Origin: a virus | Lineage: Duplodnaviria; Caudoviricetes | Direction: 5' to 3' (one strand) | DNA: 64,000 nucleotides | Virus record (IMG/VR): IMGVR_UViG_3300029305_002470 | Coordinates: 22,517-86,516 of that record | Part shown: in pieces, positions 9,828 to 19,545 of the stretch | Layout: each line of letters opens with the position of its first letter | Position numbering within the stretch: position 1 is the stretch's first letter | Notes under the pieces: model-generated | What the model was told of the DNA's origin: nothing | What the model saw: only the letters and a program-made list of their open reading frames with translations | Database searches by the model: none | Position numbers and translations under genes: made by a program

Positions 9828-12431
9828 TTAACACTGTCCAGATTTCTGTTCAGCATATATCTTACGCATGAACATCCTTTTATATTCTTTACGAGCAATA
9901 TGCGCACATTCTTCAGAACAATATTTTTTTTCTACATAATCTACGTCTTCAATCCTTGCTCCACATATAGGACATATACTTCCAAGAGCAGAAGAATTGC
10001 GTTGTATATTCTGATAGATTTCTTTTCCAAAACATTCCCATAATGTTTTTTTTGAACTATTTTTTCGTTGCACATATAAAAAATAAATTAATGTATCAAC
10101 AATAGTTTCTTGAGAAAAAGGTAATGCTAATAATTTCTTTTTTATCTGTTGATAAATATAACTATCATATTTCTTTGTGTTTAAATTATCTTTATCATCA
10201 ATAACTTTATAAAATTTATATTTATGTGAATTTAAATAATCATATGTTGTAACAATATCTTCATATATATCTTTATACAAATATTTTTTATCATGCAATA
10301 AAACACGGTAATCAAATTTACCTATACTTTTATTAAATTTAATTCTTACATTAGGGATAATATTTTCTAAATAATTAACGGCAGTGGGCTTCCACGATGT
10401 TATTTGATGCTCAGACTTATCTTTAGCATATTTAAAATAATACGGCAATAAATCTGTTGTATAACTTTTAATTATTTTATCTATATCATTTGGTCTTTTT
10501 ATTTTATACAGTGTTTTAGCGTAATCAATTACAAAATTATTTTCACATGTTAACCACTTAACAACATTGATTTCTCTATCTGTAATTTTTCCACTATTCC
10601 AAACCTTAGAAATGTTATTACTAATTATACCAATATTACCGCCAGTATAAGCTAATTCCAAACCATGAAATAAAGTATTGCCATTAATTTGTGATGGTTC
10701 AGCTTTTCGCATATTATAATATAATGGAACAATATTTTGCATATTACGTTTAGCTAAACGAATTAATTGTTTTTCTCTGACTACAAGACTTTTGTCTCCG
10801 TCAACATCAAATTGTAAAATTTTACTTATCAAATCATGACAACTCGTATAAACACATTTAGTATCAAACCATTTATCCGTCAAATCATTTTGCACATTTC
10901 TACGAATAGCATGTTCCTTATATAAATGTGGCGAACGCAAACAATCTAATTCTTCGCCATCTCTATATAAATTACAACTAATTTCACCTTTTGATAATAA
11001 ACCTTGTGGATTTTTATCTCCTAAAAATAACCATTCACAAAAAGCATAAAGGTCTGGTGCAAGAAAAGTATACTTACCATCAATCGCTAATTTACCAGCC
11101 TTACCCCATTTAACTAAACTACGCTTAACATCTTTAATAATATCTCTGCTATATTTATCTCGCATTAACTCAGGATATAACATTAAGCTCTTTTGAATAT
11201 AACTTGGACTTATATTCTCTTCTACCGCTCCAAGCAAACGCATTGTTGTTCTATAATCTTCACCAACATTTTTTATTTCTTCAACAGTACGTTTAGCTAG
11301 TGAACGCATTTCTCTCGGTTTAATATCAGTTAATGTTTGCAACATCTGATAATTAATACGAGCATTTGGTATAAATTCTTCCTCTTGATTTATACGACCT
11401 GCCGTACAACAATATTCTTTATACCATCTTTTATATTGTTCCCATGAATCATAATATTTCCACATTTTAAATTGTGATTTAGTAAATATATATTTAATAT
11501 CTTCTTTAAAAATATCATGTATATTACCATATATATCTTTAATAATACCACAATTACAATTAGGGTTCAAGGAATGTTCTTGTATAAATTTCCTAAAGTC
11601 AAATTTTACTAATAATCCTTTTATCCATGGAAGTCTAACCATAGTTGTTGTATCATCTAACATAATACCACAACCATCCATGTGTGGAATTAAAACATCC
11701 ATACATTGTCGTGTAATAGAATAATCAGTATCGTCTATATAATCAACTTCATCATTTACAAAGGTTTCGAAATCATCTACTACAATTGCTTTATCAATAT
11801 TAAAATCTTCCCAAACCTCTGTTGCAGAATTGGCTAAAGCATAATAAGCTAGAAATTTATTTACATTAACTCCACCACGGCGATTAATTTCTTCAATGCT
11901 TAATCCACACATCAATGTCTTTTCATATTGTTTTAATTTTTCTTCTTTTACTACTACAAATTTTTTTGTTCTTATTTGTCCTGCGCTTGCACTAAATAAT
12001 ACATATTTTTGTCCATTATATATAAAACCGTTTTTTATAATATCTTCTGCAACTTGAAAAAAATAAACTTGCACAATCATTATATCTTCAGTAAGTTCAT
12101 TTGTTTTACATTGAAATGTTCTTGTTAAAAATGATTCAAATATTGATACTACATTTCTATCATTAATACATTCAGTTCTTAATTCTCTTAATTGATTATT
12201 TTGTCTTGTTTGTTCAAATTCTTTATATAATTTATTTTTTTGATTATTAATATATTTATCTATTTTATTTAATTGATGTGAATATAATGAATCTCTTTTC
12301 TTTTTATTTTTAATTTTATTTCTTAAATAATATAATCTTACTAACTTATTATGTATATTCATTTCTTGCTGGTTATAAAAGCAAGCCGTATCCAACGAAT
12401 ACACATGTATCTGCTTTTCTAATCCAAGCAC
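9828..12431 (-). CDS. Single-subunit double-psi-barrel RNA polymerase (SPbeta YonO-like)
   Basis: 867 aa with SAGQIRTKK, DGCG, RSPH and the catalytic QFDVDGD (DxDGD) motif. Confidence 0.85.
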   Translation of the reverse strand: MLGLEKQIHVYSLDTACFYNQQEMNIHNKLVRLYYLRNKIKNKKKRDSLYSHQLNKIDKYINNQKNKLYKEFEQTRQNNQLRELRTECINDRNVVSIFESFLTRTFQCKTNELTEDIMIVQVYFFQVAEDIIKNGFIYNGQKYVLFSASAGQIRTKKFVVVKEEKLKQYEKTLMCGLSIEEINRRGGVNVNKFLAYYALANSATEVWEDFNIDKAIVVDDFETFVNDEVDYIDDTDYSITRQCMDVLIPHMDGCGIMLDDTTTMVRLPWIKGLLVKFDFRKFIQEHSLNPNCNCGIIKDIYGNIHDIFKEDIKYIFTKSQFKMWKYYDSWEQYKRWYKEYCCTAGRINQEEEFIPNARINYQMLQTLTDIKPREMRSLAKRTVEEIKNVGEDYRTTMRLLGAVEENISPSYIQKSLMLYPELMRDKYSRDIIKDVKRSLVKWGKAGKLAIDGKYTFLAPDLYAFCEWLFLGDKNPQGLLSKGEISCNLYRDGEELDCLRSPHLYKEHAIRRNVQNDLTDKWFDTKCVYTSCHDLISKILQFDVDGDKSLVVREKQLIRLAKRNMQNIVPLYYNMRKAEPSQINGNTLFHGLELAYTGGNIGIISNNISKVWNSGKITDREINVVKWLTCENNFVIDYAKTLYKIKRPNDIDKIIKSYTTDLLPYYFKYAKDKSEHQITSWKPTAVNYLENIIPNVRIKFNKSIGKFDYRVLLHDKKYLYKDIYEDIVTTYDYLNSHKYKFYKVIDDKDNLNTKKYDSYIYQQIKKKLLALPFSQETIVDTLIYFLYVQRKNSSKKTLWECFGKEIYQNIQRNSSALGSICPICGARIEDVDYVEKKYCSEECAHIARKEYKRMFMRKIYAEQKSGQC

Positions 12432-12579
12432 TATATTCCCTCTCTTCTTGTTCTGCTATAACTTCATTTATATCATCAATGTAATCACACCATTGTTCAT
12501 AATTACTACGCTGAAAACTCGATTGAGAAGATGGAAATTTATTATAACTCATTTCATTCCATCTATCTAACATGCACAT
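12373..12579 (-). CDS. Hypothetical protein
   Basis: GAAAGGAG RBS, first gene after the leftward promoter. Confidence 0.5.
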   Translation of the reverse strand: MCMLDRWNEMSYNKFPSSQSSFQRSNYEQWCDYIDDINEVIAEQEEREYSAWIRKADTCVFVGYGLLL

Positions 12580-12599
12580 ATATTCTCCTTTCATTATCT

Positions 12600-12735
12600 A
12601 AGATATATGTATTATATCATAAATTAAATAAAAAATCAAGTATTTTATAGAATACTCACAAAAATAAAACAAATTCTTATTATAAAATTTGTGAAATAAA
12701 ACAATTGATTTTTTAAGAATTTTATGGTACAATTA
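12600..12735. promoter_or_regulatory. Divergent sigma-A-type promoters
   Basis: Minus strand TTGATT-N17-TATAAT (about 12639-12611). Plus strand TTGATT-N17-TACAAT (about 12705-12733). Confidence 0.65.
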
Positions 12736-12769
12736 TCAATGTAATCAGCGGTCACGAAAAGGAGTAAAT

Positions 12770-13453
12770 ATGGATAATTATTTATATAAACATTATAAGG
12801 GAAAATATCGAGTATTAGCAGATTATGATACTACTACAAATGATTTCCCACGCAATGAACAAGGAAATATAGATGAAGATTTTGCAGACTTTTATATACC
12901 AGGTAAAAAGAATGTGCAAATACGTCATGGCATGAGAGACAATTTAGGATGTTATATATTCAGTAATACATTAGCACGTAATATACTTGCGACTATTTAT
13001 GAAAGAGAATTAAATAAAGATGCTCCTAAAAAAATAGAAACAATTGCACAATCATTAATTAACAATAATATTATTATTGATATTACATATTATGACGGAG
13101 AAATTTTATTTACATTTAAAAATATATATCTTGATAATTGGGCTGATATATTTAAATTAAAAAAGTCTGGAGCAAATATATCTCCATTATCTTTAAAAAA
13201 TTTACCTAAGTCAGAATATGTTATTGATAAAAATGATGAGCAGAAATATAATAATTTATTTAATAATTTAGATAAAACTCAGAAAATGCAGATAGCAAGA
13301 AAATCTGTAAATAATGTTATTGATAAATTAACCAAAAAACAAAAAGCAGAAATGAAATCATTGTGCATGAAACCAAAACAATATATACATTATATTGGCA
13401 AATGGGACAAATTAATTGCTGAAGTAAATAAGGAGATACATAATTATGAATGA
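12770..13453 (+). CDS. Hypothetical phage protein
   Basis: 227 aa ORF with AAGGAG RBS. Confidence 0.7.
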   Translation: MDNYLYKHYKGKYRVLADYDTTTNDFPRNEQGNIDEDFADFYIPGKKNVQIRHGMRDNLGCYIFSNTLARNILATIYERELNKDAPKKIETIAQSLINNNIIIDITYYDGEILFTFKNIYLDNWADIFKLKKSGANISPLSLKNLPKSEYVIDKNDEQKYNNLFNNLDKTQKMQIARKSVNNVIDKLTKKQKAEMKSLCMKPKQYIHYIGKWDKLIAEVNKEIHNYE

Positions 13454-13823
13454 ACCAATGAGCTATTTTGATTTTACACATTATATTAAAAAGTCACAAG
13501 AGGAATGTGATTGGATAGATAATTTTTATAAACTTGGGTTTGAAGGGCTTGCTGAAAAAATATGGTCATATGATAATTCTATAGACCTTATTAGTAAAAT
13601 ATTTAACGATACAACTCATGTATTACATGATTGGATATATGAAACAAATTATGGTAGAGACAATAATATTAATATGATATATAAAGATAAATATATACGA
13701 ACCATAAATGATATATATAATATATTAATTCAAATATATAACAAAGAAATAGATTGGACAGAAATAGAAATTAAAAGAGGTGATGACCTATCGCAGATAG
13801 AAGAATGTTCTCCAAACGTATAA
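13446..13823 (+). CDS. Hypothetical protein
   Basis: 125 aa ORF with AAGGAG RBS, overlaps the upstream stop. Confidence 0.65.
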   Translation: MNEPMSYFDFTHYIKKSQEECDWIDNFYKLGFEGLAEKIWSYDNSIDLISKIFNDTTHVLHDWIYETNYGRDNNINMIYKDKYIRTINDIYNILIQIYNKEIDWTEIEIKRGDDLSQIEECSPNV

Positions 13824-14222
13824 TAGAAAGTGATGATTTTCTTGAACTAAGTAAAGAATCACAATCTTTATATTTTCATTTATGCATGTATGCTGATGAT
13901 GATGGATTTATAAATAATGTTAAATCTATTATTCGTGCAGTAGGAGCAAATCAACAAGACTTAGAAGAATTAAAAGAAAATAATTATGTACATGAATTTG
14001 AAAGCGGCATTGTTTTAATTATGCATTGGAAAGTTCATAATTATATTCAAAAAGACCGCTATCGTCCAACATCGTGTACAGAAGAAAAAAATCAAGTTGA
14101 ACTTGTTTATGGTTCTGCTTATGTATTAAAATAAAAACATTGTATCCATAGTATAGGTTAGGTTAATTAGAGTAAGAGATAGAGTTAGAGTAAGAGTTAG
14201 AGATAGTATAGAGTTAGGTTAA
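13790..14222 (+). pseudogene. Truncated replisome-organizer / replication-initiator N-terminal domain
   Basis: RRMFSK-I-ESD-FL...LYFHL...ADDDGF...HW-HNYIQKDRY signature. ATC stands where the usual start would be (13790). Stop at 14132 is followed by out-of-frame RVRDRV repeats. Confidence 0.55.
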
Positions 14223-14305
14223 TTTATGTCTCGCAGAGACATAAAAATAGCATCATATTAAAAGAAGTTAAATAAAAAAATAAATTTTACGGGAGGCTAA
14301 ATTTT

Positions 14306-14557
14306 ATGTCAGATAATGTAAATCATCCATCTCATTATAATACAGGAAGTATTGAAGTAATTAATTATATTAAAGATAAATTAAATTATGATGAATTTAC
14401 TGGATATCTTACAGGTAATATAATTAAATATATATCAAGATATAAACATAAAAATGGAGTTGAAGATTTAAAAAAGGCAGAATGGTATCTTAATTATCTT
14501 ATTAATTATATTGAAAATACATCAATAGAAGAAAAGAATAATTTGATAAATAAATAA
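14306..14557 (+). CDS. DUF3310-like protein
   Basis: DNVNHPSHY...GNIIKYISRYKHKNG-EDLKKA-WYL. Confidence 0.8.
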   Translation: MSDNVNHPSHYNTGSIEVINYIKDKLNYDEFTGYLTGNIIKYISRYKHKNGVEDLKKAEWYLNYLINYIENTSIEEKNNLINK

Positions 14558-14563
14558 CAATGC

Positions 14564-14592
14564 TTGACTATTATATTATTATATGATATAAT
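14564..14592 (+). promoter_or_regulatory. sigma-A promoter
   Basis: TTGACT-N17-TATAAT with extended TG. Confidence 0.75.
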
Positions 14593-14621
14593 ATATTATA
14601 TATTAATTAAGGAGAAATAAT

Positions 14622-15257
14622 ATGATTGAATATCACAAGATAGAACCACCATTCATTAGAGAAGATGGAACTAAGAAGCTTATTGAAGGTAAATTTAAAA
14701 ATGAAACATTAGAATTTCTAAAAGACCTCAAGTGGCAGTTTACTGAAAAAATTGATGGTACAAATATTTCTATTGTTTGGGATGGACATAAAGTAGAATT
14801 TCACGGAAGAACGGAAAGAGCGCAGATTCCTGCACATCTTGTAAATAAGCTTAATGACCTTTTCGGCGGTCAAGTAAATGAAGAAATGTTTGAACAAATA
14901 TTTGGAGATACTCCAATGATTTTATATGGAGAAGGATATGGATATAAAATACAAAATGGCGGAGCATATAGAGATGATGTATCATTTATTCTTTTCGATG
15001 TATATCAACCAACTACTGATGTATGGCTTAAGCGTGAAGCAGTAGAGAGTATTGCAAATCAGCTTGGAATTGAAGTAGTACCAATTATACTTGAAGGAAC
15101 TATAGATGATGCTGTTCAATTTGTTAAAACAGAACCACAGTCTACAATAGGTAAAGCTAAAATGGAAGGTGTTGTTGGTAGACCTTATATAGAATTAAAA
15201 GACAGAATGGGAAAAAGAGTTATTACAAAAATAAAAGTATTTGATTTTGTTAGGTAA
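14622..15257 (+). CDS. ATP-dependent RNA ligase (Rnl2-like nucleotidyltransferase domain)
   Basis: Motif I TEKIDGTN, motif III YGEGYG, IIIa FILFDV, IV MEGVV, V TKIK. Confidence 0.8.
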   Translation: MIEYHKIEPPFIREDGTKKLIEGKFKNETLEFLKDLKWQFTEKIDGTNISIVWDGHKVEFHGRTERAQIPAHLVNKLNDLFGGQVNEEMFEQIFGDTPMILYGEGYGYKIQNGGAYRDDVSFILFDVYQPTTDVWLKREAVESIANQLGIEVVPIILEGTIDDAVQFVKTEPQSTIGKAKMEGVVGRPYIELKDRMGKRVITKIKVFDFVR

Positions 15258-15261
15258 TATA

Positions 15262-15933
15262 ATGGGAACAGTTACAATATTAAAAGAAACAACAAAAAAT
15301 CCAATTACACTTATAGGTGAAAGAGCAGGAGTATGTTATAATGCTGATATATCAGATTCTGCAAAAAATTATAAACGTGGTTTAGAATGTATTAAATCTG
15401 GCCATGGTCGTGCAATGGAATATGTTAATGTAGAAATGATATTAGATGGATTTTCTGCAAGAGTAATTAGAGAATGGTATACTCATATAGGCGGAGCACC
15501 TACAAGATTACAGTCTTCTACACGATATATTAATTATGATAATTTTAATTATGTTGTACCACCTAGTATAATTAACAATCCATATGCATTTAAAATATAT
15601 GTAGATACAATGAGTTATATTGCAAATGGATATAAACAACTTACAGAATTAAATATCTCAAAAGAAGATATAGCAATGTTGCTTCCATTAGGTATGACAA
15701 CAAAAATTATAGACAAAAGAAATCTACGTAATCTTGTTGATATGTCAAGACAGCGTATGTGTAGCAGAGCATATCTTGAATACAGACTTTTATTTGAAAT
15801 GATATGTGAAGCATTATCTGAATACTCAGAAGAATGGGCGACATTAGTAGATATGTTATTTCATCCTAAATGTGAAGAACTTGGATATTGTCCAGAATCT
15901 AAATCATGTGGTCGTATGCCACAAAAGAGGTAA
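15262..15933 (+). CDS. thyX: Flavin-dependent thymidylate synthase
   Basis: GH-x-x-x-EY, SARVIRE-x-THI (RHR-like), QSSTRY, LLPLG, QR-x-C-x-RA. Confidence 0.9.
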   Translation: MGTVTILKETTKNPITLIGERAGVCYNADISDSAKNYKRGLECIKSGHGRAMEYVNVEMILDGFSARVIREWYTHIGGAPTRLQSSTRYINYDNFNYVVPPSIINNPYAFKIYVDTMSYIANGYKQLTELNISKEDIAMLLPLGMTTKIIDKRNLRNLVDMSRQRMCSRAYLEYRLLFEMICEALSEYSEEWATLVDMLFHPKCEELGYCPESKSCGRMPQKR

Positions 15934-15935
15934 TT

Positions 15936-16079
15936 ATGATATTTTTTATAATAATACTTATAACAATTTTATTTATAGTATGTATACCACATATTTTTAT
16001 AACTTATACAGATATGGACTATGTTAAACATCTTGAAAATATGGGTGTATATGTAGATGAGAATGGTAAAGAAATATAA
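15936..16079 (+). CDS. Small membrane protein (47 aa, not in ORF track)
   Basis: AGAGG RBS, hydrophobic N-terminus. Confidence 0.5.
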   Translation: MIFFIIILITILFIVCIPHIFITYTDMDYVKHLENMGVYVDENGKEI

Positions 16080-16351
16080 TGGGAAACATAATGAAGTCAT
16101 ATCAAGTTCGTATGTATGATGAATATTATACATTATGCGATAAATATAGAAAATTAATAAGAATACTTAGAGATTATGATATAGGACAATTAGAGTTTAC
16201 ACCAAATTGTCCTATTGAATTGTTAAAAGAACAAGCCGATGTTATGAAGAGATATATAGATATACTATTAGAATGCAGTAAATATGAAGATATGGAATTA
16301 AAAGAATTTGAATTTCGCATTGAACGTGGAGAAGATTATGGAATATATTGA
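16079..16351 (+). CDS. Hypothetical phage protein
   Basis: FTPNCPIELL-EQ---M--Y--IL motif common in gut phages. Confidence 0.65.
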   Translation: MGNIMKSYQVRMYDEYYTLCDKYRKLIRILRDYDIGQLEFTPNCPIELLKEQADVMKRYIDILLECSKYEDMELKEFEFRIERGEDYGIY

Positions 16352-16637
16352 AATTGTGGGAAATGAAAACATGTTTAAAACTGCTATACAATCTGTAATA
16401 AATTGGTATAATAATCATATTGGTCAAGATACATTTTCTTTTATAACTAAAGAAGATGTATGTATAGTATGGTTTGCTAAAACATTACAAAATTTTAAGG
16501 TCATATTAGCTACTCCATTTATTGGTCAAGAATTTTATGAATTTACATATAATGGTAATAAGCAAGAAGCATATCTTGACGTATATACTAAAACAGACAA
16601 TCAAATGATTAAATTTCATGGAGATAATAATGAGTAA
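16338..16637 (+). CDS. DUF6275-like phage protein
   Basis: VWF-KTLQN-K...YE-TYNG-K-E-YLDVY-K signature. Confidence 0.65.
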   Translation: MEYIEIVGNENMFKTAIQSVINWYNNHIGQDTFSFITKEDVCIVWFAKTLQNFKVILATPFIGQEFYEFTYNGNKQEAYLDVYTKTDNQMIKFHGDNNE

Positions 16638-16884
16638 AGAATATAATGGAAAATTTGAAGATATAATAATTGGTATACCATCAAATGCTGTTGAATTAAA
16701 TATAGAAGTAACAATATATGAAAATGGCGAACTTGAAAAAGTTTATGGTAAATATAATTTAAACGATATTGAAGAAGCAAAAAAAACATTTGAAAAATGT
16801 TGTTATGGAGAATATCCGACATATGTTATAACCGATAAGGGTAAAGCATGGCTTGAAGAATTAAAAAGAAATGGCGAAATATAA
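16630..16884 (+). CDS. Hypothetical protein
   Basis: GGAG RBS, co-directional. Confidence 0.6.
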   Translation: MSKEYNGKFEDIIIGIPSNAVELNIEVTIYENGELEKVYGKYNLNDIEEAKKTFEKCCYGEYPTYVITDKGKAWLEELKRNGEI

Positions 16885-16958
16885 TATACCTTATAGGGTA
16901 TAAAATAATATAAAAAAATATAAATTGCACCCTATAAGGTATAACAAGGAGATATAAT

Positions 16959-17387
16959 ATGGGTCTTGAGAATGGTATTCAATTGATAACAAAACAAAAG
17001 ATTAATTTGGATGATTGGGATATAATGCCAGAATATGTTCATATAGAATTTGATGAGTTTGATACTAATAAATACAAAGATGGATATTATTACAATATTT
17101 GTTATTGGAGAAAGTGTTCCTGTATTAGAGACTCAATTTTAAATAATATTTTTAATGAGCATAATAGTGCAGGTGGTATTTTTGAAATAGACAAACCAAA
17201 TCAAATCGAACAGATTCAAAACATATTGATATATCACTTGCTTAATCCAGAAGCGTGGAGAAGTGCAATTTGGACATTGGATGAAGCTTGTCGTAATATT
17301 GCACAATGTATTATTAATCTCACATGGTTAAAAAATTTTATGGCAGAACATGTAGAAGCAAGGATAATATTTTATGACAGTTATTAA
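16959..17387 (+). CDS. Hypothetical phage protein
   Basis: AAGGAG RBS, MGLENGI start, YWRKC motif. Confidence 0.65.
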   Translation: MGLENGIQLITKQKINLDDWDIMPEYVHIEFDEFDTNKYKDGYYYNICYWRKCSCIRDSILNNIFNEHNSAGGIFEIDKPNQIEQIQNILIYHLLNPEAWRSAIWTLDEACRNIAQCIINLTWLKNFMAEHVEARIIFYDSY

Positions 17388-17395
17388 GGAGTAAT

Positions 17396-17599
17396 ATGAA
17401 ACGAAAGAAAAATATTTTATCATGTCCATTTTGTGGGAGTAAAGCAAATTTGTTTGTAATGGATAGTGGTAAAAAAGATGGTAAAAAATATTATGATATA
17501 GAGTGTACTCAGTGTGGAGCAATTATGTTAACGCCTAAACAGCATATGCTTTCTGATAATAAAATAGATATTATAGAAAGGTGGAATCATAGAGTATGA
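17396..17599 (+). CDS. Lar-like restriction alleviation protein (Zn ribbon)
   Basis: LSCPFCGSKA...CTQCG...IERWNHR. Confidence 0.65.
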   Translation: MKRKKNILSCPFCGSKANLFVMDSGKKDGKKYYDIECTQCGAIMLTPKQHMLSDNKIDIIERWNHRV

Positions 17600-17781
17600 A
17601 TGTAGAAACTATTATAAAAGATATTACAGATAGTCGTGCTTATATGATAGGTTATGAAGATGGATTTAATGATTGGCGAAAGCAACATGAAGTTATTGAA
17701 GAAGTTTTGAATCATGAATATAATCGTGGATATAAAAATGGCTATAATGATGGAATAAAGGTTAATCAAAATAATGAATAA
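17596..17781 (+). CDS. Hypothetical protein
   Basis: ORF overlapping its neighbours. Confidence 0.5.
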   Translation: MNVETIIKDITDSRAYMIGYEDGFNDWRKQHEVIEEVLNHEYNRGYKNGYNDGIKVNQNNE

Positions 17782-17950
17782 AAAAACATTAATTAAAGAT
17801 ACGGAAAATATGGAAACTATTATGTCACGTACCGCAGAGCCTTGTGATATATGGCAAGATAGATTTATATATGACATGGCAAAAACAATATGGCATATTT
17901 TACAACATATATATAAAAAAGAATACAAGGATTTAAATAATGAAGAATAA
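17774..17950 (+). CDS. Hypothetical protein (58 aa, not in ORF track)
   Basis: Open frame that fills the gap, start overlapping the upstream stop. Confidence 0.45.
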   Translation: MNKKTLIKDTENMETIMSRTAEPCDIWQDRFIYDMAKTIWHILQHIYKKEYKDLNNEE

Positions 17951-18263
17951 AATAATTGCAGTAGATTTTGATGGTACATTATTTGAAAACAAATATCCAT
18001 ATATTGGTAAACCTAATATTAAACTTATTAATAAATTAATTAAAAGACAGAATAAGGGTGATAAAATTATATTATGGACTTGCAGAGAAGGTCAGGAATT
18101 AACAAATGCCATTAATGCTTGCAAAGTGTTTGGTCTTGAATTTAATGCTATTAATGATAATGTATCAGAAATAATTGAAGCATGGGGAGAAAATACAAGA
18201 AAAATATTTGCCAATATTTATATAGATGATTTAAATAAATCAGTAACATTATGGGAAGAGTAA
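17940..18263 (+). CDS. HAD-superfamily hydrolase-like protein
   Basis: IIAVDFDGTL, WTCREG, YIDD motifs. Confidence 0.8.
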   Translation: MKNKIIAVDFDGTLFENKYPYIGKPNIKLINKLIKRQNKGDKIILWTCREGQELTNAINACKVFGLEFNAINDNVSEIIEAWGENTRKIFANIYIDDLNKSVTLWEE

Positions 18264-18269
18264 AATAAT

Positions 18270-18605
18270 ATGTATAGTAAACATTATCCAAATATTGAAT
18301 TATTAGTATATCAGACACGATTTCTTTTGTTAAAAGAAGATAAAGATAAATACAATAATCTTAATTTAAGCGTTGATATTTTTCCACAAACTTGGGCAAG
18401 TACAGCATTAGGATTTGGTGGCATTGGTGGTCAAGCAATGACAACTGCATATACTACTATAGTTTATGACGTATTAAAAGAAGTCTATGTAATATTTTTT
18501 GATAATAAATTTGCATATATGGTTGAATCACCTAATGATAAATTTATTAAAGATATGTATAATAGACAAATGTTATCTATAGATAAGGCATTAAAGGAGT
18601 ATTAA
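18270..18605 (+). CDS. Hypothetical phage protein
   Basis: FPQTWASTALGFGGIGGQAMTTAYT conserved phage motif. Confidence 0.7.
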   Translation: MYSKHYPNIELLVYQTRFLLLKEDKDKYNNLNLSVDIFPQTWASTALGFGGIGGQAMTTAYTTIVYDVLKEVYVIFFDNKFAYMVESPNDKFIKDMYNRQMLSIDKALKEY

Positions 18606-18710
18606 AGATAGACAATGAGTACAAGTGTAATTGTTAGTATAATGTGTATGCTTTCTTATTTAATAGGGTTATGGGTCGGTAAAAATAAATTAAAATAAAA
18701 GGAATAAATT

Positions 18711-18911
18711 ATGATATATGAATTTGGACGAGACATAATTTACTGTTGCAAATGTATTAGACACTTCTTCAGAGCAATGTTCTGTAAGGATTATTATACC
18801 GAGTTGCATGGAATTGGTCTGTGTGGGCAGTATAGCAGAGAAGAACCATTCCCGATACGATACTGTAATTACGAACGTTGCCCAAAACTGAAAGGAGTAG
18901 ACGATGATTGA
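18711..18911 (+). CDS. Cys-rich hypothetical protein
   Basis: AAGGA RBS, several Cys pairs. Confidence 0.5.
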   Translation: MIYEFGRDIIYCCKCIRHFFRAMFCKDYYTELHGIGLCGQYSREEPFPIRYCNYERCPKLKGVDDD

Positions 18912-19068
18912 GTTGAAAATAGAGGGATGTTGCCGAGATTGTAATTCGATAGTTTTAGAACTTCGGAAGTTTGGTGAAGACTATTGGGTTAAATGCATAC
19001 ATCAGGATGTATGCGGCAAGTTGGAGAAGGAAAAACAAGAAGGAGCAGACGATGAAGCATCAGATTGA
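18904..19068 (+). CDS. Cys-rich hypothetical protein (54 aa, not in ORF track)
   Basis: GAAAGGAG RBS. Confidence 0.55.
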   Translation: MIELKIEGCCRDCNSIVLELRKFGEDYWVKCIHQDVCGKLEKEKQEGADDEASD

Positions 19069-19234
19069 TATAACTCCAAACAACGCTATCTACATAGACG
19101 GGAAACGAGTTGTCGGCAGAAAGCCGTATGGATTTTTTGAAACAAAAACAATACGAATAACTGACAGCGACCTTGTAGAAATAGCTAATCGTTGCGAGGA
19201 GTTGATGAAAGGAGCAGACGATGAGGTGCGTTGA
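19052..19234 (+). CDS. Hypothetical protein
   Basis: GAAGGAG RBS before ATG 19052. Confidence 0.55.
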   Translation: MKHQIDITPNNAIYIDGKRVVGRKPYGFFETKTIRITDSDLVEIANRCEELMKGADDEVR

Positions 19235-19379
19235 TTGTGAACTGCACGATTGTGTAGTCGGTACACATTTCTGTAACTACAAAGGCAAAAGCGGAAGACG
19301 TAGACCAAGACGCATAAGTGAAGAAGATGCGCACAAGGATGTACCTTGCGAATATGTCGAAAAGGTGAAAGGGGAGTAG
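19221..19379 (+). CDS. Cys-rich hypothetical protein (52 aa, not in ORF track)
   Basis: GAAAGGAG RBS. Confidence 0.55.
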   Translation: MRCVDCELHDCVVGTHFCNYKGKSGRRRPRRISEEDAHKDVPCEYVEKVKGE

Positions 19380-19382
19380 ACA

Positions 19383-19529
19383 ATGAGTGAAGTAATGACG
19401 ATTTACAGTAACAATGGAGCAGTGAGGATAGTTACCGATGGTGAATATTATTACATACAGAACGGTGGCTGTTATGAAAGATTTGATAATCTTGAATCTG
19501 CAAAAGAAACTGCAATGTCACTGTATTAA
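19383..19529 (+). CDS. Hypothetical protein (48 aa, not in ORF track)
   Basis: GGGGAG RBS. Confidence 0.5.
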   Translation: MSEVMTIYSNNGAVRIVTDGEYYYIQNGGCYERFDNLESAKETAMSLY

Positions 19530-19545
19530 TTAGAAGGAGCAGTGA

